A stretch of 64,000 bases of DNA from Octopus vulgaris (GCA_951406725.2 OX597832.1:4464001-4528000), one strand, 5' to 3'. Shown: positions 39,181 through 52,642, numbered from the stretch's first letter. Program-made: numbers and translations. Notes: generated from the letters alone by a model not told the origin.

Positions 39181-40314
39181 CCAACTGATTGGATTGATGA
39201 TGGCTTGGTAGTAAATTAGTCAAATTCTACTTAAATAAGTATAGTGTTATTTGTAAACTATAATGAGATAAGTTTTAATATTCAAATTTTAATTTTAGCT
39301 GCAGTATTTTAAGCAAAAAGTTTCTTATTCTTTACTTTACTAGAAGTAATAGCTTGTTCTATACTTTTCCAGGTGTAATAACTTGTCCTGGACTTTTCCA
39401 GGTTTATAATCTTAAGAATATGACTTTTCATGCTCGCATTTTTCCATGTAATCCATAATTTTTTGAGGCATTGCTTTTATAAGATAATTAATAATGTATC
39501 AATTAATAATCTAAGATTTTACCTTATAAATACTGAAAGATAATATTTCAATTTTTCCATGTAAGTAATGATAATATTTCAATTTTTTTCAAATATATGT
39601 TGTGATTGAATTATTTGATATTACCCATCCACACCAAATTAATGGCAGGGATTTTTACCATGTTATTGGTTGCACCATGGCTCACCAAAAGTTACAAACA
39701 ACAAGACCCCAAAACCATGAGTTACCAGGCTCACCTTAAGTAACCTAATTTTGCAATATTAGGAGGTCACAGGAATTTGTTCAATGAAAAAAAAAATTTC
39801 CAATGATTCCAGGATGGCGCCCCCCCTCCCATTTTTTCCAAACCAAAATAAGAGACTTGCAGCATATTAGGAGGTCAGAGTGCTTGATTCCATGCAAACA
39901 ATCAAATTTTTAGTTTTTTTTCTTAGTGAAAATCATGTGGGTGTTAATATAGAAATTTACCATAAAGCTGTTGTTATTTAGCCTGAAGTCAACCCTGATA
40001 CTGCAAACCTATTATCAAAGACATTCCAGCCTTCAGCAAACCGACTTTTTAGGGATAATCTAGGACATTACATACAACGGGCATGTGATTTAGGTAGGGA
40101 AATACTTTGGCTGCTATTTTTAACATGTCAAGCGACCAGGTACAGACTCTTTCATTGGTTCGATTATGTGATGAGATTGTTTTTACACATATATGTAATA
40201 TGTATATATATCATTGGCAGAAGTTAGAGAAGTTAGAAAGCTGAGAGTTTCGGGTATTGGCTCATATCAAACATGAATTTGTCCATTGTCACTCTGTAAC
40301 TTCTAAAGAAATAA

Positions 40315-40778
40315 CTTCTAAAATACAAAATTTTGTCAAAAACGTTAACAGTAAACCCTGTTCTATATGATACATTCTATCAGTATAGGAAGTTTCAAAG
40401 TGTTTAGTTAAAACAAATTAATTAAATAATCTGTACATCAAATTGAATAGATTCACAATGGATGAAAGGCAAAGTCAACCTTGGCAGAATTTGGACTCAG
40501 ATCATAAAGACAGACGAAATACCGCTTCTGAAATACAAAATTTTGTCAAAAACGTTAAGAGTAAGCTCTGTTCTATGTGACACATTCTACCAGTATCGGA
40601 AGTTTCAAAGTGTTTAGTTAAAACAAATTAATTAAATAATCTGTACGTCAAATTGAATAAATCCAAAGTGGATAAAAGGGAAAGTTGACCTCGGCAAAAT
40701 TTGAACTCAAAACATAAAGGCAGATGAAATACCAGTAAATATCTGGCCCGGTGCACTGTTTCTGCCAGCTCGCCACCT
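40315..40778. repeat. ~210-bp tandem duplication containing a SINE family B fragment
   Basis: CTTCTRAAATACAAAATTTTGTCAAAAACGTTAA...GAAATACC at 40315-40524 and 40525-40735. Confidence 0.85.
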
Positions 40779-41226
40779 TAGAATGTAAACATTCATTTTA
40801 GAAATATATTCTTTATTCTTATTGCTTGGGGCGTTAATTCTTACTCCCTCACTTACTGACATTAAACTTTGTGACATTTTACCTCATAACTCTTTTCTAC
40901 TAATTTTTGTTCAATATGACTAATGATTCTGAATTCCTCATGCATTTTGCTATCATTTAAGCCTAAGAAAGGTATACTTTTAATTTAAAATAAAAAAAAT
41001 TTATGTTTACTGAAGATGAATATCTTCCTTACTGCCCACCTTGGGGTCTGACATATTTTGATGTAACTTTTTTTCTACTGAACCAAATCTCAAATTATTT
41101 ATGCCAAAGCGTAGCTATTAACAGTTTGCAATTTAGTTGAGAACTGAATTAGTGGTGAAGCTTGGAAGCTGCTGCAATTGACAAAATGGTGGACTTAATA
41201 TATTCAACCACTACATTGGTTGAATG

Positions 41227-41274
<48 letters not shown>

Positions 41275-41289
41275 TTTTATTTTTTTACA

Positions 41290-42240
41290 CATTTCAGCCT
41301 TGTGGAGCACCAGTGTGGTCTTTCTGATTTCATCAGTCAGAGGCATTTCGCATCACCATTCCTGTATGTACCTTTGTCCCAGCTGTTGGTTCACCTAGTA
41401 TTGAGGAAAGAAGGATGTCTAGTTTCTTTTTGAAGACATCTACTTCCACCTTATGCAGATTTCTTAATTTTTGTGGCAGAGCATTGAAGAACTGTGAGCC
41501 TTTGAACCCTAGATATTGCAGTACCAGTACCTAGTTCTGAATTTAGATAGAGTGGATGGTACCTTTAGTACAATACAATGGCAGCCAGCTCTGGTATTTG
41601 TATAACACTCAATGCTGAAATTAGGTACTAGCCCTTCTAGAGTTTTCCATATGTAGATTTTGCATATTTCTCATGCCTTCACACTCGGGTGTAAAGTTGC
41701 AGTTTTCTCAGCCTATCCTTGTAGCTCATCCACTGCACTGTTTCAATCTTTTTAGTGTAGTAATGTTGGAATACTTCAAGCTCTGCTGTTAGTTTGGCAC
41801 TCTGTGGTGACTATAACTGGGAGAGGTAGTCCAGGCAGCTGAGAACAAAGGTTCTCCACAGTTCCCTGGGGGACTACTTAGGATTTGAGTTTCCTTAGTA
41901 AAAATACCATTGGCTGCAACTACCTGACTTCTGTCTTTAAGAAAGTCATGCAACCACTCTCACAGTTAACCAGCAATACCAAGGTCTCATAGCCTATGAC
42001 ATATCATGCCATGATCTACCTCATCAAATGCGTTTGCAAAGTCAAGGAATATCATGGTCAAGCAGCTGTTTCAAAACCCAATCATAATGCTGTAGGAGTT
42101 GTGTGAGGCAGCTTCTTGGATGGAAGCCATGCTGTGTACTGTTCAGTAGGTCATTTTCTTCTAGGAACATTATCGACTTCTTTCTGCTGATACACTCCAT
42201 GACTTTACTGATATGTGAAGTCAGAGAAATTGGCCTATAT
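41290..42240 (-). mobile_element. decayed CR1/L2-group LINE, RT to 3' end
   Basis: YRPISLTSHISKVME, QHGF..RSCLTQLLQHYD, DFANAFDEVDHG, EWLHDFLKDRSQVV. Confidence 0.8.
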
Positions 42241-42359
42241 ATATTATATATATATATATATATATGAGTGCATATCTGTGTAAGTATGTAAGCATATATT
42301 TCTTTCCAGATAGAAATTTTAGTGTTTATTTTAATTGATAACATTGTTATTGAAAAAAG

Positions 42360-43010
42360 TAGTGTTGTTTCCCCAATGTTTGTGCAAACTTGTCTTCAGT
42401 AGTCTGAAGTTATCTTTCTCCTGTATTTTATTTATTACTCTATTGACATCAAGTGAGCAGCCAACTTCCACAAAAGAATATGTCTTTATATTATAGTTTC
42501 AACAATGTTTTCATTGATTCATCAGCATCAATGAATTCATCTTTCATGTTTGTTATCTTTTCATTCCGCATTACTTCAGCTATCACCTTCATCATTCATA
42601 TGGCTAGCAATGATGAAACTAATGTCTTTATCAATACGCTTGCAAATCTCATCAAGTATGCTTTTACATTAGTTGAGCAGTAACAGACATACTCAGCAAT
42701 AATTTATAAACTCAGCAATGTCAAACAGCCATGGTAACTCCAAAACTGCTGATTCTGTCTTTTCTACCTTGCTTACAAACTGCACTACGAAAAACAAAAG
42801 GTTGCTGGCCATGCCTACTAACATAGATGGCTTTTTATTTATTTATTGAGGTTTAATAGTCAATGATATTGAACACATTGACAGTTATCTTTGTTTACAT
42901 CTTTATTGAATTATTCAATAACCATAGCAGCATTTCTCCATTGATTCAAATGCAAGGATTGTTTCATATCTATTTTTTTACTATAATAACATCTTATCTG
43001 AGTTTGGAGT
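42360..43010 (-). mobile_element. possible decayed Penelope-like RT fragment
   Basis: LNQWRNAAMVIE*FNKDVNKDNC resembles the Penelope NQWRN...VI.WF..I.NK..C block; the rest is very degenerate. Confidence 0.35.
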
Positions 43011-43073
43011 AAATTTTTTAATCTTCATTCAGTATACTGAAAGCTGAATTTTTTAAATAAGCTATATTAACTC

Positions 43074-43108
<35 letters not shown>

Positions 43109-43256
43109 TGTATGTATGTATGTATGTATGTATGTATGTATGTATGTATGTATGTATGTATGTATGTATGTATGTATGTATGTATGTATGCATATATGCA
43201 TATATGCATGCATGCATGCACACACATACATACACACACATATATATATATATACA

Positions 43257-43949
43257 CAGTAATCACTCACCATATTGCGGTTCACCTATCGCAATCTAAG
43301 TACATCATGGATTTTTTCTGGCTAATATATGTAAATTTATGTCATGGTCTCCTCAGTTTATTGTGGGTTTCTGCACCGTTTGGTATTTATATTTTTTTAG
43401 ATTTTAATTATTTCTGTGGTAAAATAAGAATTTTCATGCCTAAAAATTAATGAATTGATAAATAAAAATATAGTACAGTATTGCACTGTATAACACATTA
43501 ATTAACATATATTAAAAGAAAATATGTAGAGTACCACAGATGAGTAAACAAAGAATTGCACATACTGTATGGAAAACGAAACTCAGGAGGTGAGTGTGAG
43601 GTCTTGTTTTGCATTTGTGTGTAAAATTGCAAATCTATTTCAAGCCTTACAATATCACCCAAACGTTCTGCATCTTCTAAGGCTTTCTTCCTTACACGGA
43701 AGAAAAGGCAGCACTAGCAACTGCCCATCACTATGTTCCTCACCCGCAAAAAAAGAGAGGACACGGGTACTCTTAAGAATGTGGGGAAAGTTTATAAAAG
43801 CTTAAATATATAAAAATAATAAAATTAATATATGCAAATTATAAAAATAACAAAAAACAATACAGTACAGTACTGTTTCTATTTCGTGGATTTTCACCTA
43901 TTGCGGGGGTTTTCGGAATGTAACACCTACAATTGTTGAGAGATTACGG
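43257..43949. mobile_element. pogo/Tigger-like non-autonomous DNA transposon
   Basis: Ends CAGTAATCACTCA... and ...TGAGAGATTACGG|TA; internal repeated TTCACCTATYGC. Confidence 0.6.
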
Positions 43950-43954
43950 TATAT

Positions 43955-43995
<41 letters not shown>

Positions 43996-45494
43996 TCAGG
44001 CATTGTCTCTGGCTATGCCTGAATAGCTCACAAAGGGGAAAACCATCTTAATTCCCGAATCCAATGAGACAGCAAAACCAGAAAACTACAGACCTGTAAC
44101 CTGTCTCCCTACAATGTACAAAGCATTTACTTCAGTAATATCACAAAGATTGAACAAGCACCTGGACGAAAACAACCTGTTTCCAGAAGAGCAGAAAGGA
44201 TGCTGCAAAGGCTCATATGGCTGTAAAGATCAACTAATGATCAATAAAGCCATAACTGATATGAAATTTGGATTAGAAAAATGTGCCAAAGTAACCCTGA
44301 AAAGAGGAAAACTAGTTAAGAGTAGCAACATCACACTAGATAAAACCAATGAAATAAAAGAATTAGACCAAAGCCAAACTTACAAATACTTAGGAATCCA
44401 TGAACTAGATAAGACACAACACACACAAATGAAAGAGAAAATAAAAAAAGAATATTATAGATGAGTTAGATCAATACTGAAAACAGAGCTCAATGCTAAT
44501 AATAGGAATTAACACTTTAGCCGTCCCAGTTATAAGTTACAGCTACAATATCCTTAACTGGACACTAAATGAACTGACCAAAATAGATAGGAAAACAAGA
44601 AAAATAATGACAGGATCTAGGATGCATCACCCAAAATCTGACATAGAAAGGCTATATATACAACGTATAGAAGGTGGTAGAGGCCTTATACAGCTGGAAA
44701 ACTACTATAAAATAACCACCATAGGACTGCAAAAATATCTACTTCAGAAGGAAGAAAAACTGATACAAATAGCGGCAAAACACGAGCAAAACAAAAAACT
44801 GTTCTCAGTATTTAAGGAAGCTGACAAATACAAACAAGAAATCATACCACCTAACAAATATGAAGAAGAAGAAGAAACAACAAAAGCTATAAAACAAATG
44901 AAATCCAAACTAAAACTAGAACAGCTACGAACCATGATAAAACGATGGCAAGAAAAGCCCCTTCGTGGCAAATACTGGACAAAACTAAATGCAAAAGAAA
45001 TAGACAAAGAAAAATCCCAGCAATGGTTGAGAAGCTCAGGACTCAAAGCAGAGACAGAGGGATTTTTAATTGCTGCACAAGACCAAAGCCAACCCACCAG
45101 AAATTACCAAAAACATGTAATGAAAAGAAATATAACAAGTAACTGCAGAATATGTGGAGATGGACAAGAAAAAATAAATCATATTATCTCTGGCTGCCCA
45201 GTCCTGGCTAAGAAGGAATATATTCACAGACATGACAGAGTTGGGACCTACATACAGCTATGCCAACATTATGGAATAACAACAGAAAAAAGATGGTATA
45301 GGCACACACCAGAAAAGGTCACAGAAAACGAGAAAGCAACCATACTCTGGGATATGCCAATACACACAGAGAGAGAAATTAAGGCCAACAGACCAGATAT
45401 AGTTGTCAGAGATCATGAAGAAAAAAAATGCTTTCTAATTGATGTATCAATACCAGCAGATGACAACGTGTTTCTAAAAGAAATGGAGAAACTT
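43996..45494 (+). mobile_element. R4/Dong-like non-LTR retrotransposon, 5'/3' truncated with RT core deleted
   Basis: Follows (TAA)n at 43956-43995; NYRPVTCLPTMYK, EEQKGC, GGRGL, CCHC knuckle CRICGDGQEKINHIISGC, RHD and RPDIV...IDVSIP endonuclease motifs. Confidence 0.9.
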
Positions 45495-45744
45495 GTACTG
45501 TATTATATTCCGCCCCACCACTACAAACTCAATACCACTATAAAATGGTCGAAACTTTTCACCCAGGAACTTAGGTTGATTTGAAAACCCCACTAGAATG
45601 GGAGAAAGCACTAATACATGATCTAAGTTATATGATGTATGAAAAATGTAATATACAAATAAATATCTGTAAATATAAACCATCCGATTTTCTGAGTATC
45701 TCATTTCTGCTAATATAAAATACCTGTACATCATCTCCAAACCT

Positions 45745-45779
<35 letters not shown>

Positions 45780-45808
45780 TAATAATAATATTAATAATGA
45801 TAATAATA

Positions 45809-45846
<38 letters not shown>

Positions 45847-45946
45847 GATTGAGGATTATTACAAAGTAGCATAGCATTACCTTTAATTTCTTTTTATATA
45901 AATACAGCTTCATATGTGTGTGCATGTGTGTGTGTGTACATATATA

Positions 45947-46163
45947 TGAGAGGATGCTGAAAAATTCCTGACTTCAAGGGTATCGCGAAAGGGCTGATTG
46001 GAGGTCCAATCTTCCGAGTTCTCTTACAGGGCTTAGAAAAACTGAAGGATCACTGCAATAAGTGTGTGAATCTGAGAGGGGAATATGTTGAATAAAATCA
46101 TAATTAACTGATCTTCTTGTATTTTCTTTTACCCAAATCCAGGAACTTTTCAGGACCCTGTCA
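45947..46163 (+). mobile_element. mariner-derived MITE
   Basis: TA|TGAGAGGATGCTGAAAAATTCCTG ... CAGGAACTTTTCAGGACCCTGTCA|TA; retains the transposase C-terminus GLEKLKDHCNKCVNLRGEYVE*. Confidence 0.8.
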
Positions 46164-46193
46164 TATGTGTATATATATATATATGTATATATA

Positions 46194-46530
46194 TTGGGTC
46201 ATCCCATACTTCTTTTATTTTTCAGAATTAAAATAAACCAAGTTCTTTTTTTAATCTAAAATGTACTCTCCTTCATTTTCTACTGTGCACTTCCATATAT
46301 CTGGAAATATATGAACTCTGTAGATGAGATCAGAACAGTACTAGAGGAGTATTTTTTGTCACGGACAAGTGAATTTTGGAAGAGGGGTCTTGCAAGTCTA
46401 CCAGATAGATAAAAGAGTATTGTAGAAAATAAAGGAGAGTATATTTTAGATTAAAAAAGAACTTTGTTTATCTTTATTTTGAAAAATAAAAGAAGTATAA
46501 AAAAACCGCATTATTCATAGGATGATCCAA
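46194..46530. mobile_element. mariner-derived palindromic MITE
   Basis: TA|TTGGGTCATCC ... GGATGATCCAA|TA; transposase C-terminal remnant LASLPDR*KSIVENKGEYILD*, with an inverted copy at the left end. Confidence 0.75.
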
Positions 46531-46546
46531 TATATATGTGTGTGTG

Positions 46547-46582
<36 letters not shown>

Positions 46583-47121
46583 TAGATAGATAAATGTGCT
46601 TGTGTGTATGTGGACTTTATATATACATAAAGTACACACACATGCACACACACAAATATATACACACACACACATATAATGTATAATGTACATGTGTGTG
46701 AGTACTTTTTATTCAGTTTGATTGTTTAAATTTTATATCAGAATAAACCTTCTTATTGTGTAAATTTGGTGATAAGTGTAATAAGAAATTTACATATTGC
46801 ACTACAGGAATGAATTTAGTCTGTGTTAAAAAGTATTTTGTGTTTAAAACAGAGTTGATATTACATAGTCCAGAATCTAACAACTGCCATCTCTCAGCTG
46901 ATAAATCCCAACTTAGCTTCCTCTCATCAACTCTGGCACAGTTAGAGTCACACAATTTCTGTCAGTCAGACTATTTATATATCACTCAATATCCATGCTA
47001 TTATGTTGCTAAACCGGTATGTTTTCTCTGGGATGTAAAATACCAAAATACCTTTTTAGATCAAGACTAGAAATAACTTCTTATATAAAAGTAATAAATA
47101 TAATATAATATAATATTATGT

Positions 47122-47152
<31 letters not shown>

Positions 47153-47418
47153 AAGGGTGTATGTATGTGCGTGTGTGTGTGCGTATGTGTGCTTACATAC
47201 ACATCTATGTCTCTTCTCTCTCTCTCTCTCTCTCTCTCCCTCTCTCACCACATATATATATATAATAAAGATATTATTATTACTATTAATAAATAATAAC
47301 AACAATAATTTAAGTGGCCAGCAAGCATTAAAGCCAAAAAGGCAAATTCATAAACATATAATTAATTATTAATTATATATGTATGTATGTATGCATGTAT
47401 GTATGTCTGTATTTGTGT

Positions 47419-47461
<43 letters not shown>

Positions 47462-47555
47462 CATATACATATATATATGTGTGTGTGTGTGTGTGTATGT
47501 ATATACATAAATGTATATATATCTATATATATCTATCTATATATATATGTATATA

Positions 47556-48122
47556 CAGGGTGCAGTGAAGAAACTGTCATCTAAATTACACAAAAATAGA
47601 AACAACATTGATATCTCATTTTAACAGTTGTATTTACCAAAATTATGTAAAAATATCTTGAAATACTAAAGAGTAAATTGTGTGGCATGGTGCAAAGTCC
47701 TGTTGCCAGACATAGGGTTTTCCAGCAGCTATCCTCTGACCCAGGGCAGCACTACCTTCTCTAGGCACTTGATGTAGGCCTGTGTTGAGTTTGAGGCCAT
47801 GTGGGAAGATGAATGGAGGCATAATGTTGCCATCAATAGTGATCATTCTAAACATCATGGTGTTGACTGGATGTCTGATTTTTATCACTCTCGGTACATG
47901 TCCTCAGATTGACACCCAAACACACTGAAATCTCAATGCCAAGCAGTACAGCATGTTGTTTCCAAATTTCTGGCAGAGTGAATTGCATCATGGTGCTGTT
48001 TTTCTCATGGAGGGTGCCCAACTGACCCTCCTATACTGTTTAGTTGACAAAATCAAAATCAAACAATGTGCATGCACAAAATAAATAATATAAAATGGCA
48101 ACAACTTACCCATCGCACCATG
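47556..48122 (-). mobile_element. internally deleted Tc1/mariner-superfamily element
   Basis: TA|CAGGGTGCAGTG ... CATCGCACCATG|TA; DGNIMPPFIFPHGLKLNT and PYVWQQDFAPCHT transposase motifs; the same end recurs at ~60364-60450. Confidence 0.75.
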
Positions 48123-48196
48123 TATATGTATGTATGTATATATATATGCATGCATGTGTGTATGTATGTATGTATGTATTTGTATATATGTATATA

Positions 48197-49500
48197 CTAG
48201 CTGTGTGCCCGGTAATTCCCAGGGGTAAAGATGTTCTATTGAAATGCCTTATTACTCTGATATAAGAAAGCAATTTCATTATAACTGCCACAAAAGGTGT
48301 ATTTTCCGTAATGAAAAGGTACAAAAATTTGTCAGCTGGAGGAGGGAGAGATTATATGTAAATAAATATATGAATGAAGTGTTTGAAGAAAGTGCAATAA
48401 TAACATTCACACTCACTGATGGTCACTCTCAGTAACTGCCTTTAGCTTATGAAGTTCTTGTTTTTATAACTATCAAAAAGCAACCAGAAGGATAGACATA
48501 CTGTTGAGAACAAATGATTTCGTTGGAGGTCTGTTATCTCCATTCAAGCCCCTGGTGGCCTAAAAGAGGTTAGAAGGGTCAAGTGGCAATGACATTATTC
48601 TGCTTAGTGAAAGCATCTGGGAAATGTATAACTGCTGTCATTCACAGAAAAAACTATTGTTTTACCATGAGAAAAGCACTGTTGAAGTGTTAAGTGAAAT
48701 TTGGCTATTTCGAATCTATGCTATGATTGCATGAAGCCACTACAAATATATTGTGGAATAAAAAATATATCTACTGTCATGGAAAAAGTGTAACTATAAA
48801 AATGCTGAATTATCAGAGTAATGGGCATTCAGAAAAGTATGTATGTATAGAAATGTATGAATGAAGTCTTTAGGGTTTAAGATTCAAATTAAGGAAGTGC
48901 AATAATAATGTTTAGCAGTTCAAAACTGTGAGTAGTGAAATGCAGAATTAGGTCGGCTGATCGTGAGAATCAAATATTGATTGCTTTGGTAAAAACTGCA
49001 GGTGGTATGGGTTATTTCCCTTGGGTTGTTTGAATAAAATATTAGTAATATGTAGTAGATAGAAGGATCCATTGGAGGGGCTCTATTATTGATATTTTTC
49101 AACAATCTAAGTATGTTATGAGGTTTCCAAACATTAGTTCTACTCACGTGTCAAATAAAGTACAAAAGTGACATTGTCTGCAAAAATTAGAAATAGGACA
49201 CACAAAAAATCAATATTCAAAGTAATTGAACACAAACAATGAAATGGGTTATTTCCCTAGTGTTTAAAAAAAATATTGTGTAGCTGCTATGGGTTATTTC
49301 CCTAGGGTATTAAAAAAATTAGTTATATGAGGTAGATATAAAGGTCTCTTCCAGGGGATGTATTATCGATTTTTAAATCAATCTAAGTATGTCACATGGA
49401 TTCCAGCCATGAGTTCATCAAAATCTATAAAACGATGTAAGAGGAATTTGCTAACAATATCACAAGCAAACACACACTGATTTTCCACATATGTAGTAGA
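48197..49500 (-). mobile_element. non-autonomous Helitron
   Basis: Minus strand A|TCTACTACATATG ... GC-rich hairpin (CCCCTGGGAATTACCGGG) ... CTAG|T; internal direct repeats TATGGGTTATTTCCCT. Confidence 0.65.
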
Positions 49501-49522
49501 TATATGTATATATGTATATGTG

Positions 49523-52500
49523 TCATCATCATCATCATCATCGTTTAGCGTCCGTTTTCCATGCTAGCATGGGTTGGACGGTTCTACTGGGGTCTGTGAA
49601 GCCTGAAGGCTTCATCAGGCCCAGTCAAATCTGGCAGTGTTTCTACGGCTGGATGCCCTTCCTAACGCCAACCACTCCGTGAGTGTAGTGGGTGCTTTTT
49701 ACGTGCCACCCGCACTGGTGCCAGACAGAGCTGGCAAACGGCCACGAACGGATGGTGCTTTTTATGTGCCACCGGCACGAGGGCCAGGCGAGGCTGGCAA
49801 CGGACACGAAACAGGGCGGTGCTGGCAACGGTCGCGAAACAGAAAGTTCTCTTACATGCCACCGGCACTGGTAACACATCTGCAATTTCCATTGATCGAT
49901 TTCCATTGATCGATTTCGATTCTGATCCTCACTTGCCTCAACGGGTCTTCACAAGCAGAGTTTCGACATGCCACCGGCACTGGTAGCACATCCGCAATTT
50001 CCATTGATCGATTTCGATTCTGATCCTCACTTGCCTCAACACGTCTTCACAAGTAGAGTTTTGTGTCCCAAGAAGGGAAGGTATGCATACGTAGGCTGGC
50101 TCCATCCCATGTAGAAGGCCACGGGTTATGGACTCACTTGTCCTGCCGGGTCTTCTCGCGCACAGCACACTTCCAGAGGTCTCGGTCTCTAGTCATTTCC
50201 TCAGTGAGACCTAAAGTTCGAAGGTCGTGCTTCACCACCTCGTCCCAGGTTTTCCTGGGTCTGCCTCTTCCACAGGTTCCCTCAACCGCTAGGGTGTGGC
50301 ACTTTTTCACACAACTATCTTCATCCATTCTCGCCACATGACCATACCAGCGCAAACGTCTCTCTTGCACACCACAACTGATGCTTCTTAGGTCCAGCTT
50401 TTCTCTCAAGGTACTTACACTCTGCCGAGTGTGAGTACCAGCATTACACATCCATCGGAGCATACTGGCTTCATTTCTAGCGAGCTTACGCATATCCTCA
50501 GCAGTCACGGCCCATGTTTCACTGCCATGTAGCATGGCTGTTCGTACACACGCATCATACAGTCTGCCTTTCACTCTGTGCGAGAGGCCTTTTGTCACCA
50601 GCAGAGGTAAGAGCTCTCTGAACTTTGCCCAAGCTATTCTTACTCTAGCAGTTACACTTTCAGCACACCCGCCCCCGCTGCTGACTTGGTCACCTAGGTA
50701 ACGGAAACTATCAACTATTTCTAGTTTTTCTCCCTGGAAAGTGACGGAAGTTGGTCTCAGAGCATTTTCAGTGTTTATTGTTCCTGAGCATCTGCCACAT
50801 ACAAAAACCATCTTCCTAGTTAGCCTTCCTTTGACATTGCTGCATCTCTTATGTGTCCATAGCTTACACTTGGTGCATCTTATAGAGTTTCTACCTACAC
50901 CTTTTCTACAGATCGAGCAGGGCCATCTACCTGAAGGTGTTTGTGATTTGTCTACCTTCCTACTGATTACGACTTTGGTTTTAGCTAGATTGACTCTGAG
51001 GCCCTTCGATTCTAATCCTTGTTTCCACACCTGAAACTTCTCCTCCAGTTCTGATAGCGACTCAGCAATTAGAGCAAGGTCATCAGCATAGAGGAGCTCC
51101 CAAGGGCATCCTGTCTTGAATTCCTCCGTTATTGCCTGGAGGACTATGATAAATAGGAGGGGGCTGAGTACTGAGCCTTGGTGGACTCCTACCTCTACCC
51201 GGAATTCTTCACTGTACTCATTTCCAACCCTCACCCTACTAGCGGCGTCCCTATACATGGCCCGCACAGCTCTCACTAACCATTCATCTATCCCTAGTTT
51301 CCTCATTGCCCACCAGATAAGGGATCGGGGGACCCTGTCGAAGGCTTTCTCCATGTCAACAAAAGCCAGGTACAGGGGCTTATCTTTGGCTAGGTATTTC
51401 TCCTGCAGCTGCCTTACCAGGAATATAGCATCAGTAGTACTTTTCCCTGGCACAAACCCAAACTGCATCTCATCTAAACTAACTCTCTCTCTAATTAGTT
51501 GGGCTATGACCCTCTCCGTAACCTTCATCACCTGGTCCAACAGCTTGATACCTCTGTAGTTATTTGTATCTAGGGCATCACCTTTACCTTTGTAGCAGTT
51601 GACTATTATACTGCTACACCAGTCATTGGGTATGACCCCTTTGTGTATCACCTGATTAACTATACGGGTGACTAGGCTATAGCCGACACTACCAGACATT
51701 TTGAGCATCTCTGCAGTGATTCCTGATGGGCCTGGGGCTTTCCCTGTCTTCATGCTTCTAATTGCCTTAGCTACCACGGAACTATCAAATCGGATAGCTG
51801 GTCCCTCTGTTGGGTCAACATTCGGCAGACTGTCTTTATCTCATTCATTTTCTTCATTCAGCAACCTTTCATAGTGGCATCTCCAAACCTCTCTCTTTGC
51901 ATCCTCATTTAGCGCAAGTGAACCATCTTCCATGCGAACACACTTCTCTCCTACCACATCACGATTCTCTCTCACACACTGTCTTGCAACACGAAACACC
52001 TCCAGTCTTTGGTCCTCACGGTGCAGAACATTGGCAAATTTTTTCTTATCTGCTTCCCCTCTGGCTAAATAAACCTGTCTCCTAGCTTCTCTTTTGGCAG
52101 TCTGATACAATTCCCTGCTACCCCCATTTTTCCAGACCTTCCAAGCCTGTCTCTTTTCTCTAATAGCCCTGTCTACAATATTGTTCCACCACCACGTAAT
52201 TCTAGGTCGAGAGGGGACTTTGCACCAGCCACAGATCTGGTCAGTGGCTCTCAGCAGGTTGTCCCTTAGAAACGTCCAGCTGTCTTCTACCCCCTGTGAT
52301 GCTCTATCCCCTTCTACTTCGTCAGAGGCTTCAAGTAATATGTCCCTAAATCTCTGTCCATTTGCAGGATCTTTAAGCTTCCAGATCCTTCTTCTCCATA
52401 TTTGTCGTTTTCTGGTTGTCCTCCTAGTCCTGATCCTAAAGTCACTAACTACCAGTCTATGTTGTGGGGTACATTCTTCACCTGGGAAGGTTTTGGCATT

Positions 52501-52581
52501 TATAAGCAGCCATCTCTCCCTTTGCCTTGTAAGGATGTAGTCAATTTGGCTGGTATGTTGGCCCGATTGGTAAGTGACTAG

Positions 52582-52583
<2 letters not shown>
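49523..52583 (-). mobile_element. young 5'-truncated RTE-clade LINE
   Basis: End of the AP endonuclease (SQIDYIL, QHRLVV), RT (NYRGIKLL, QFGF, DMEKAFD, GVHQGSVLSP, YADD), 3' UTR with internal duplications and a (TGA)n tail. Confidence 0.95.
50134..52583 (-). pseudogene. RTE endonuclease/reverse transcriptase ORF with one in-frame stop at 51841-51843
   Basis: Track ORFs 51841-52647 and 50134-51777 are in the same frame, separated by a single TGA. Confidence 0.9.
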
Positions 52584-52642
<59 letters not shown>

